Shown here: positions 1-8,017 of the stretch, one piece after another
Layout of the letters: each line of letters starts with the position of its first letter
How positions within the stretch are numbered: position 1 is the first letter of the stretch
DNA from: a virus
Lineage: Duplodnaviria; Caudoviricetes
Direction: 5' to 3' (one strand)
Virus record (IMG/VR): IMGVR_UViG_3300028735_000004
Span: 1 to 64,000 of that record
Length of the DNA: 64,000 nucleotides
The notes under the pieces: model-generated
The model's database searches: none
What the model saw: the letters and a program-made list of their open reading frames with translations, nothing else
Told to the model about the DNA's origin: nothing
Made by a program: the position numbers and the translations under genes

Positions 1-93
1 ATACCTTAACCCTTTCTCACACGAGCGCCCTTCCCTTCTCGTCCGCACGCTGGCCTACTTACACTTACGCCAGCACCCTTTGTTTTAGGAAAT

Positions 94-576
94 CTAGACG
101 ATGGAAACCTTGAAGCCAGCAGCAGTCAAAACCTTCACATCGTCGGAATTCCAGTGCGCGCTTTCTTCCTGAAACAAATCTACCTCGAAGAAAGCATCCG
201 GGTTATAGGCGAGAGTTTCCTCCGCGTCGTGAGACAAACAACCGATCTCACAACCATCTTTGGTGAATCCGCCCTGGTAAAACTCCAAGTCTCCCAGGAC
301 GAAGCTATCGACGGTCAAATCGCTTGCTTGAATGTAGATGCGTTCCTTATCGTCGTTGGAGATTCGCACGAAGGGAATCTCACCTTTACGCGCGTGCTCC
401 CAACCGTCAGGATCATAGGAGACGGAATCGTAAAAACCGTCCTTATGGAGCTCCCAGTGAAAGTTAGAGTTTTCCAACCTGCACTCTACGGTATCTCCAC
501 ACACGAGCCCAAACGTAAGGCTATCGTTGGTGCGAATGAAATCATAGAGCTTGCCCTTGAGGGTAATGCCATCCAT
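94..576 (-). CDS. Hypothetical protein in the GC-rich early-like region (~160 aa)
   Basis: Track ORF is 94..702; the Met at 576 (MDGITLKG) follows GGAG with 6-nt spacing and is the likelier start. Confidence 0.65.
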   Translation of the reverse strand: MDGITLKGKLYDFIRTNDSLTFGLVCGDTVECRLENSNFHWELHKDGFYDSVSYDPDGWEHARKGEIPFVRISNDDKERIYIQASDLTVDSFVLGDLEFYQGGFTKDGCEIGCLSHDAEETLAYNPDAFFEVDLFQEESAHWNSDDVKVLTAAGFKVSIV

Positions 577-754
577 TCTTTTCTCCGATTCTTTGGTGGG
601 AGTCGATTCTCCTACTTTCACCTTTACGGGGATACTTGTTTTTATCCTTTGGAGATAACCACCAAAATTAGGTTTCGGTTTCGTTAGCTTAGAACTCCAC
701 ACTTATACGCATACGGTTTACAAGGCTAACCGTAAACCTTTTTCGTATCTTGGC

Positions 755-818
755 CCTACTACCTTGATAGGTAATCTCTGGTAGTAGGAGACGGGGTTTT
801 GTTGTTAGGATTACCCCG
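755..818. other. Two adjacent intergenic inverted repeats (RNA hairpins or operator)
   Basis: CCTACTACC 755-763 pairs with GGTAGTAGG 780-788; CGGGGT 792-797 pairs with ACCCCG 813-818. Confidence 0.5.
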
Positions 819-829
819 AACCTATTGTC

Positions 830-1219
830 TCACCTACCGGCCTGGAGCGTGGCCAGAACCGCCGCGCGCTGCTCAGGGGTCAGAGCCGAGGCATTCTTGA
901 GAATTCGATCCAGCGACTTAGACGCGCGCTCAGCCTTCTTCTGCTCTGCCTCGGCGCGCCGCTGTTGCTCGGCCGTTCTCAGAACGATTCCACCGTCGCG
1001 ACCCTGCTTGGCCATCACTTCCTGATGATACTGCAAGTGAATGACAAGTAGATTGTAAGCCACGGGAACCGGCACCCCGAAATCCTCCGCCGCCTGCTTG
1101 GTCAGAACCGTGATCTGACGCTTTGCCCCACCGGCCAGAAAATCCTGAATCTCCGCCTCGTAGAAACCCAGGATCTCACTAGCCACATTCACCGTACGCT
1201 GCACGTTATCATTGCTCAT
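830..1219 (-). CDS. Hypothetical early protein, possible winged-helix plus coiled coil
   Basis: Purine-rich SD (AAGAGAG) upstream; GRDGGIVL resembles a wHTH wing; charged AEAEQKKAER coil; first gene downstream of the promoter array. Confidence 0.65.
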   Translation of the reverse strand: MSNDNVQRTVNVASEILGFYEAEIQDFLAGGAKRQITVLTKQAAEDFGVPVPVAYNLLVIHLQYHQEVMAKQGRDGGIVLRTAEQQRRAEAEQKKAERASKSLDRILKNASALTPEQRAAVLATLQAGR

Positions 1220-1354
1220 TGTAATACTCTCTTTCTTGTGTGTTTTTCTTGTTTGGTTGTTTCGCGGTTTTACTGTCCCGCCGACACTTTCTTAGTTAGT
1301 CTGTCAAGGGTACGTTGCGTTTTTTCTTACCGCCGTTTCCCTTCTTACCTTTCC

Positions 1355-1382
1355 AATCTAACCAGGCTCGCTTTGCTGTCAA
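1355..1382 (-). promoter_or_regulatory. sigma70-like promoter (class A)
   Basis: Minus strand TTGACA-N16-TAGATT. Confidence 0.7.
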
Positions 1383-1429
1383 GGGCTTTTTTTCTTGCCA
1401 CGTTTCCGCTTCGCTTGCCTTGCCCTGTC

Positions 1430-1457
1430 AATCTAAGACCGGGCGGGTTAGTGTCAA
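1430..1457 (-). promoter_or_regulatory. sigma70-like promoter (class A)
   Basis: Minus strand TTGACA-N16-TAGATT. Confidence 0.7.
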
Positions 1458-1525
1458 GGCCCGATTGCGTTCTTTCTTGCCAGTCGCAGTTAGCCTTCCT
1501 TCCGACCGTTCCTTACCTGGAATCC

Positions 1526-1553
1526 AATCTAACCATTGCTTGCGACCCGTCAA
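1526..1553 (-). promoter_or_regulatory. sigma70-like promoter (class A)
   Basis: Minus strand TTGACG-N16-TAGATT; shares TGGTTAGATTGG with the 1355 copy. Confidence 0.7.
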
Positions 1554-1619
1554 GCGTCTTGGCAACCTAACCTTTTTGGTAGGTAATCAAAGGTAGGATA
1601 CGGTGCGAGAAGGTTAGCG

Positions 1620-1657
1620 CAATCGAACATTGTAAGTCGCCGGGTGAGATGGGTCAA
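1620..1657 (-). promoter_or_regulatory. sigma70-like promoter (class B)
   Basis: Minus strand TTGACC-N17-TACAAT followed by GTTCGATTG. Confidence 0.7.
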
Positions 1658-1820
1658 TGTAGGCAACCAAGAAAGGTAGGATAGTGTCGGGTGATGTAGG
1701 CAGAGTGTTGGCACGCTTCTTGCATGTGGTAGGGAAAGGTAGGACAAGGTAATACAATGTGGTTGGCACGAAATTTGCATATGTGGGATAAGGTAATGAA
1801 AGGTAGGACACGCTCTAATC

Positions 1821-1857
1821 CAATCGAACATTGTATATCCTCTATCGGCCCTGTCAA
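1821..1857 (-). promoter_or_regulatory. sigma70-like promoter (class B)
   Basis: Minus strand TTGACA-N16-TACAAT followed by GTTCGATTG. Confidence 0.75.
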
Positions 1858-1901
1858 GAAAACAAGTGGTAGATGTAAGACAGTGTGTGCCGTGCTCGGG
1901 C

Positions 1902-1938
1902 CAATCGAACATTGTATGTCTTAGATCCGCCTTGTCAA
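1902..1938 (-). promoter_or_regulatory. sigma70-like promoter (class B)
   Basis: Minus strand TTGACA-N16-TACAAT followed by GTTCGATTG. Confidence 0.75.
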
Positions 1939-2070
1939 GATGTAGGCATTTACTTTTCCAAAGCATCCAAGATCGCCAATTCGTTTTGAATGGCTGCGAA
2001 TTCTAAGCACGCACAACCAAGGTGCAACACAATAGGTAGTAGATGGTAGGATAGACAGGCACAACCTATA

Positions 2071-2208
2071 TTATGTAAATGATAATATGTTTATGTAAAT
2101 AATAATATCATAATGTATTTATGTAAATAATAATATCATAATGTATTTATGTAAATAATAATATCATAATGTATTTATGTAAATAATAATATCATAATGT
2201 ATTTATGT
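2071..2208. repeat. Tandem repeat, 4 perfect 28-bp units plus degenerate flanks
   Basis: TTATGTAAATAATAATATCATAATGTAT starts at 2091, 2119, 2147 and 2175; partial copies at 2071-2090 and 2203-2208; no spacers. Confidence 0.95.
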
Positions 2209-2820
2209 GTATAATGTTATAGGCGGGTGTAGTATGTTGTAAGAGCGTGTGCGTTAGTGTGTGATATGGTGTGTTAGTATATGGTAGTGTAGTGCAATGT
2301 AGTGTCATATATGGTAAGGTAGGATATGGTAGGGTGATGTCAGGCAGGGTAGGTTAGGGGTTAGGCCCGCTCCAAGGTAAGGGATAAGAATGGGCATTGC
2401 TGGCACGCTATAGCCATTAGAAAGGGCTTTGCAGCATTGGATAGGGGAATGGATAGGGAACCTTTGAAAAGGTTTATAGGGCAATTCTGAAAGGTAGGAT
2501 AGTAGGGGACCCTTTCCTACAAGATAAGATAAAACACACAATGTAAAGAAAAGAAAGAAATGTAAGATAAGAAACACAATGTAAATAAATGTAATAAAAA
2601 GAAAGACAAAAAGTTGAAAGGTGGTAGGATGTAAGGCGACCTCCTACCCTCAAGGACAATGTAGGCAACCGTCCCATATATCGCACGGGAGAGGAGGATG
2701 TGGGCAGGTGTAGGTCCTCCCCCCGATTAAGATTGGGGCAAAAATAAATAAAAAATAAAAATAATACACACTCTCATTAAAGTTTAAATCAAAATCTACT
2801 TACCCCATCCGTCTATTTGT

Positions 2821-3085
2821 TTATTTTACTTTATTCCAAGTCCTACGAGTAATTACATCTTTAATTGTATATTTAGATACATTATACTTTTCCGCTAACA
2901 TTTTACAAGTTAAACCATTTTTATAATCTTCTCTTATTGAAGCAACACTGTTTTCATTTAATTTAACCTTATGTTTCTTTTCAAAATCTAAATCCACTAC
3001 TATATTATCAATAGTTTCAAGTTTATACCAATTGCCATTTAACTTTCGTTCTTTATTCGTTCTTTATAAAACTATTTACATAACA
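2821..3085 (-). pseudogene. Remnant ending in an HTH of the kind found at homing-endonuclease C-termini
   Basis: Manual translation KLNENSVASIREDYKNGLTCKMLAEKYNVSKYTIKDVITRRTW; 5' part broken near a TAAAGAACGAA duplication. Confidence 0.5.
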
Positions 3086-3092
3086 TAATTCC

Positions 3093-3347
3093 TCACATCA
3101 AATTCAATAATCTTTCCACCGATTCTTTATATGGCTGGAAACATTCATACTGGCAATACAGTTCAAATTGTGTTTTCATACCTATCATTGACTCTATACT
3201 TTGCATTTCTAAATATAATTTCTTTGCTATCTTCTTCTTATTATATTTTGGCGCCAAGAATGTAATTGTGTGTTTTAATGTCTCTTCAAAATAATTTTTT
3301 TTGCTGAAGAATATTGAATTCATACTCTTCCCCGTCCTCATTATCAA
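3093..3347 (-). CDS. Small hypothetical protein, C-tail family (possibly 5'-truncated)
   Basis: Ends ESVERLLNLM. Confidence 0.45.
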   Translation of the reverse strand: MIMRTGKSMNSIFFSKKNYFEETLKHTITFLAPKYNKKKIAKKLYLEMQSIESMIGMKTQFELYCQYECFQPYKESVERLLNLM

Positions 3348-4218
3348 TTAACTTTCGATATTGAGCTTTCATATCGCCTTCAATAGTTTGCTTATACTCA
3401 CATCAACACCAAATACTTCTCCACCGCAGTTAGATACGGCTTAATAATTGATTTAGTTCTGCTGCAATTGAAATTCCGCCGGCTCTCTTACCATTTGAAT
3501 AAAAATGATAATATTTTGAACGATATCCTTTTCCGACTTATTTCTTGAGATATATGCTTTTACCACACCCTCCAACAAATCTAACATATCAGCATTTGAC
3601 CATTTCCAATGCACACTATCATATTCAAATGTATGTTAAAACTCATCGTCATATATTTTTATTTTATAAGAATGCGATGAAATTTGGTATATAATTAGTT
3701 ATCGCAGTGTATTGTTTCGTCGATTTCAATATTTAAATTATGGAACATTTTATAACTTTTATCTTAAATTAATTAGTTTCTGCATTTCTTCCGCAATTGT
3801 TTGATATTTACGAATTCTTTTAAACAGCTGAAATTGTTCTTCAAATTTATTAGCGAATAAGAAGATAATGAATTTTTAAACTCCATATATTTTATCATAT
3901 TTTTGGCGATGGCTTTGTTGGAAAGATTATGTTGTTGGGCGGCGATTTACTTCTTCGTGATGTTCTTCAAAGGTTATTTCCCACATCATCAAATCGTCTT
4001 CGTAAATTGCCGAAAGATAATAAAAATCATATGTTGCGTTTTTTTCCAATTGATACCCAATCTCCATTTGAAAGCGTATAATCTGTTCGTGTTATTCCTT
4101 CTATTTGCTTTATATAATAAGAAGCCGGATAATTGGTGCATTTTATTCTGTGGCAATTCAATCTCGAAGCGTTCAATATAGTATCGCAAAGCAAATATAT
4201 TCTGTCATTGTAAGCATT

Positions 4219-4605
4219 TCATAATAAATTCTTCATTTTAATAACATAACAATCTAAACCGTCAAGAGAAAAGTTTTGTAATGTGGTTTTTTGAAAATAT
4301 TTGGTTATTAAAGATAATGCTGCTTCATCTATATAATATTTTTCCTGCTCATCGTGTATTACTTTAACGAAAAAAGTATCTACCAAAAAAGATGTAATGA
4401 TTATTTTAATTGCCGGGGAAGTGCTTAAGGTAATATCTATATAAAAATTTCTGTAAAAAGTATAAGATTTGAAACAACAACTTGTGTCAGAACATATATA
4501 GTTATGATAATTAAGTATTGATTCAGCTTTGATTTCGTGTAGTTTTTGACCACACAAACAGCAATAATCAATAATTAATTGTTCAAGAAGATTTTTTATT
4601 TCCAC
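4219..4605 (-). CDS. CxxC small protein, C-tail family
   Basis: CCLC motif; ends IKMKNLL. Confidence 0.7.
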   Translation of the reverse strand: MEIKNLLEQLIIDYCCLCGQKLHEIKAESILNYHNYICSDTSCCFKSYTFYRNFYIDITLSTSPAIKIIITSFLVDTFFVKVIHDEQEKYYIDEAALSLITKYFQKTTLQNFSLDGLDCYVIKMKNLL

Positions 4606-4662
4606 TCTCTAATATATAAATTTGTTCCATCTACATTTGAATTTTGTGTATAATATGGTCTT

Positions 4663-4947
4663 TTAAAATCTTTTAGAATTTTTTCGTTTAAATTCTGGAA
4701 TTAACTTTTCAATTTCTTCAACTGTCATATATTCCAATATAAGATATGATTGTAAATATATCATTAAATTATTTACTACATTTAAATTTCTTTCCGAATA
4801 GCATTTAATAATTTGTTTGATTTCTTCTTCCAAATAATTTTCAGAATTAAACTTTTTAAGGCCAACATCAAACACTTCGGATTTAAAATCTTCATCAACA
4901 ATATAAAATCCATTTTCTGCAGGATCAAATTTTATGTATAAAAACAT
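4663..4947 (-). CDS. CYSxRNLNV-family small protein
   Basis: IIKCYSERNLNVVNNL matches IINCYSSRNLNVAKNL of 34476..34799. Confidence 0.7.
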   Translation of the reverse strand: MFLYIKFDPAENGFYIVDEDFKSEVFDVGLKKFNSENYLEEEIKQIIKCYSERNLNVVNNLMIYLQSYLILEYMTVEEIEKLIPEFKRKNSKRF

Positions 4948-5222
4948 TATATTAATACCTTATATTTTGTAAGATTTTTTCCATAGTGAATATTTTGCTC
5001 TAAAGTTGAAATATAAAATCTTGCCGCCTCTGGAAAAGGTGTTGTATTATTTGATAAATGATTTAAACAATAAATATAAAATTCAGTATATAAAGATTTA
5101 TTATTTTTATCATTTATTATAATGTCTTTTACACTTACATTTACATTATCTTCAACGCTCCACATAATATAAGAAAGAGCTGTGATAAATCCATACTTTA
5201 ATGCTACATCAAAATTACTCAT
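4947..5222 (-). CDS. Small hypothetical protein, C-tail family
   Basis: Ends TKYKVLI; coupled to its neighbours. Confidence 0.7.
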   Translation of the reverse strand: MSNFDVALKYGFITALSYIMWSVEDNVNVSVKDIIINDKNNKSLYTEFYIYCLNHLSNNTTPFPEAARFYISTLEQNIHYGKNLTKYKVLI

Positions 5223-5575
5223 AGTAAAGCCTTAAACTTTTCAAATTTAGAAATACAATATTGAATTCTTTGTTCTGATAATTGCTCTTTTAGATCTACC
5301 ATCTGATAAACTGGATTAAGATCGAATGGTTCTCGGTGATAAACAAAAAACGCTCCTGTGGTAAAAATATACATATATATTGAATCGACCATAGACATTG
5401 ATATAATTGTATAATTATCTCCTGATAAGTAATAATCTCTATTGCAGCATTTGGTTTTATTATCTATCCACTTAGAAAGTAAAGCTCCGGTGCTATAATC
5501 TATTGATAATGTTTCATTGCATACAAAACATTTTGGTTTAGATTTAAATGAGTTTTTAAAATTCAAAAATTTCAT
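5219..5575 (-). CDS. CxxC small protein, C-tail family
   Basis: CFVC; ends KFEKFKALL; ATGA overlap. Confidence 0.75.
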   Translation of the reverse strand: MKFLNFKNSFKSKPKCFVCNETLSIDYSTGALLSKWIDNKTKCCNRDYYLSGDNYTIISMSMVDSIYMYIFTTGAFFVYHREPFDLNPVYQMVDLKEQLSEQRIQYCISKFEKFKALL

Positions 5576-5898
5576 ATTAATATTTTAAACTTTTTAATCT
5601 TATCGAATAAATGTATCACTTCTTTTAGGCAAGGTCTTTTATCAAAAACCTCAGAAAATAAAAAAATAGATTGATTATTATGCGATGTATATGCATAAAC
5701 TACAAAATTATTATTCTTAACTATATCTTTAAATAATTCTTCCGTAAAGAAATATGCTAATTTATCACTAAAATAATCTCTTTCTTTTGTTAAATAATAA
5801 TCGTGATGACTATATAAATTGCAATCCGAACAATATGCTATATACATTGCTTCAATTGGTTTTTGACATACCAAACATTTGATAAACATTTTACCCAA
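5572..5898 (-). CDS. Zinc-ribbon small protein, C-tail family
   Basis: CLVC...CSDC; ends KIKKFKILI. Confidence 0.75.
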   Translation of the reverse strand: MGKMFIKCLVCQKPIEAMYIAYCSDCNLYSHHDYYLTKERDYFSDKLAYFFTEELFKDIVKNNNFVVYAYTSHNNQSIFLFSEVFDKRPCLKEVIHLFDKIKKFKILI

Positions 5899-6127
5899 GT
5901 ATTTTTAATTTATTTGCTTTAGCCACAAGTCTTTCAATTTCATCGTGCGTTAATTTTTTTATTTTACATTCAAATATCGTTCGACCGTAGTATCTATATT
6001 GAAAAGATAAATCCTTACAATTTATTATTAATGAACAAATATTATTGAAAGTTGTTTCAGAAGTTATAATTAATTTTTCAATTCTAATTAAATCAAAACC
6101 ATTAAAAAATAATAATACTCGCAACAA
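5891..6127 (-). CDS. Small hypothetical protein, C-tail family
   Basis: Ends KANKLKILG. Confidence 0.6.
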   Translation of the reverse strand: MLRVLLFFNGFDLIRIEKLIITSETTFNNICSLIINCKDLSFQYRYYGRTIFECKIKKLTHDEIERLVAKANKLKILG

Positions 6128-6263
6128 TAAAATTGATACCCTGGAGCTATGCTATGATTGCATTTTAGACATTTATAATTAAACATAAAATATTTTAATA
6201 TTGTATCAAGGGTGTCAAAAAAACCCTAAAAAATTATTCATATCCTTAATATAACGCTTGCAT

Positions 6264-7367
6264 CTAATCTGTCAAGACCGCTTTTAGAAACTCTTTAACT
6301 GCTTTCTTCCATTTTTCTGGCAAATGCTTTTTTAAATCCAAAAAGAATGATCTGCTGGATAACTCTTCAATCAAGATATCAAAATCTAATTTAGCATCAC
6401 TTACGATCTCATCTAATTCATCGATATCTGATATTCTTTTTGATAATTCTTCTTTTATTATTTTATATGCACCTTGAAACAATTGAGTTTCTTGTGCATC
6501 TTCTTTATTTTCTCTCATACTTGTTATTAAAGCAATAATTTTCTTAAGCGATGAAGATTGTATTTTATATTTATTTAAAAACTCATTTACATAATAATTA
6601 AATTTTACAATAGCATCATTTAATTTTGGATAAAATTCAATATCTCTCAAGGGATGTATTAATTTGCCTTTTTCATTTACTGGCAATGAGTGTTGTTTTC
6701 CTTTTAAATGACCGGTTGGAGTATAATCTTTAGTTCGATGCTTTGTTCCCGGTAATCCAGCAATATAAGACTTAGTAATATATTTAATAACACTTTGATA
6801 AAAATGTCTTAGTTCGTGCCCAACAAGTGATTTTAATGTATTTAAATTATTATGAAGCATATTTAAAGATGTTGGATATTCTTTATCTACATTCATATAT
6901 AAAAATATTTGTCCTAAATTAAACGAACTGTAAGATTGCGCTGGAGTTTTGTTAGCGAGCCATACACCTTTCCATTCTGAAGATATATTATGCATTTTGG
7001 TTTTAGCTTTATATTCAAAAGCAGTTGTCAGCAAACTAACCCTAAACGCGAGACGAGGCTGGTAATCTCCTCCGGCTTTAGAAACAAAATCTTCTAATTC
7101 TTTTAATTGATATCCTAAATCTGATGGCTGTATATAAAACATCTCAGATTTACCAAATTTATTATTTTTTGATATTTTTTGACATTCTGCTTTTACATCT
7201 TCTATTTTTTTAATTCGCTCTTCATCAACGCCTTTTATTTCATAAAGCTCTATTATATCACTTAATTTTTTAGAGACTTCTGAACAATAAACCATAGAAG
7301 CCCATTCTTCGACTTCATTTAATAGCCTTGGCGCAACTTGTAATGTTCCTGCAATTTTGTATTTCAC
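6264..7367 (-). CDS. Protein with a zincin-like HExxH motif
   Basis: GHELRH motif; 367-aa ORF. Confidence 0.6.
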   Translation of the reverse strand: MKYKIAGTLQVAPRLLNEVEEWASMVYCSEVSKKLSDIIELYEIKGVDEERIKKIEDVKAECQKISKNNKFGKSEMFYIQPSDLGYQLKELEDFVSKAGGDYQPRLAFRVSLLTTAFEYKAKTKMHNISSEWKGVWLANKTPAQSYSSFNLGQIFLYMNVDKEYPTSLNMLHNNLNTLKSLVGHELRHFYQSVIKYITKSYIAGLPGTKHRTKDYTPTGHLKGKQHSLPVNEKGKLIHPLRDIEFYPKLNDAIVKFNYYVNEFLNKYKIQSSSLKKIIALITSMRENKEDAQETQLFQGAYKIIKEELSKRISDIDELDEIVSDAKLDFDILIEELSSRSFFLDLKKHLPEKWKKAVKEFLKAVLTD

Positions 7368-7391
7368 TCTTATATACTATATTAATGTAAG

Positions 7392-7757
7392 TTATACCAA
7401 TATTGATAATTTTTTAAACTTATTAATATGATATTCAACTTCCTTAGATGTTAATTTTTCATAATCCGAAACGAAGGCAACATATCTAAAAATCTCTGCA
7501 TTGTTATAAATATAAAGAGTATTCTTTGTTTCAAAATAAATTCTAAAATAAAAATCTCTATCAGTTAATTCAAGATATACAATCTCATCATAAGTAGAGT
7601 ATATATTAGCGTTATATATATAATTGCAACAACGACATTTCCCTACAGAAAATGGTTCAGTGTTATAACCATATGGATTATAATAACCATCATCATCGTG
7701 AAATGTATAATAAATATCAAAATATAATTTTTTCTTACATTTAATACATTCTAACAT
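7392..7757 (-). CDS. CxxC small protein, C-tail family
   Basis: CIKC...CRCC; ends KFKKLSILV. Confidence 0.75.
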   Translation of the reverse strand: MLECIKCKKKLYFDIYYTFHDDDGYYNPYGYNTEPFSVGKCRCCNYIYNANIYSTYDEIVYLELTDRDFYFRIYFETKNTLYIYNNAEIFRYVAFVSDYEKLTSKEVEYHINKFKKLSILV

Positions 7758-8014
7758 AATACTCTTAGCTTATCTACTTTTGTTTTAATCTTTTCTAATG
7801 TTGATAATTCAGTTGGTCCAGATATATTAATAGAACCTTTTTTACAACTAAACTCAATATTTTGATGACCTATAACCAATGAACAATCACATGTATCACA
7901 CCAATTGCTATAGTAATCTTTAAATAAATAAGTTTTAAATAAATCATAATTACAATTGCATAAACAATATAATTTTAAATCAAAATCAATAATTTGTTGT
8001 AATAATGGATTCAT
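7751..8014 (-). CDS. Cys-rich small protein, C-tail family
   Basis: CLCNC...CDTC; ends KVDKLRVLC. Confidence 0.7.
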   Translation of the reverse strand: MNPLLQQIIDFDLKLYCLCNCNYDLFKTYLFKDYYSNWCDTCDCSLVIGHQNIEFSCKKGSINISGPTELSTLEKIKTKVDKLRVLC

Positions 8015-8017
8015 TGT

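Noticed and set aside
1280-1307. Seventh promoter at TTGACA 1302-1307 (and at 1425-1430)
   Set aside because: No acceptable -10 hexamer at 16-18 nt spacing.
2071-2208. 28-bp repeats as a CRISPR array
   Set aside because: The units are directly adjacent with no spacers, and no cas genes are present.
154-2686. Plus-strand ORF 154..687 and ORFs 825..1025, 1238..1570, 1315..1596, 1550..1966, 1614..1811, 1654..1857, 2305..2577 and 2474..2686
   Set aside because: They are antisense shadows of real genes or low-complexity translations (repeated LPT/SYL/PY) of the skewed, promoter-containing non-coding region, with no SD or protein-like composition.
2721-2760. Rho-independent terminator at the GC/AT boundary
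   Set aside because: The hairpin is followed by an A-tract on + and preceded by the T-tract on -, so neither strand has a U-tract 3' of the stem.
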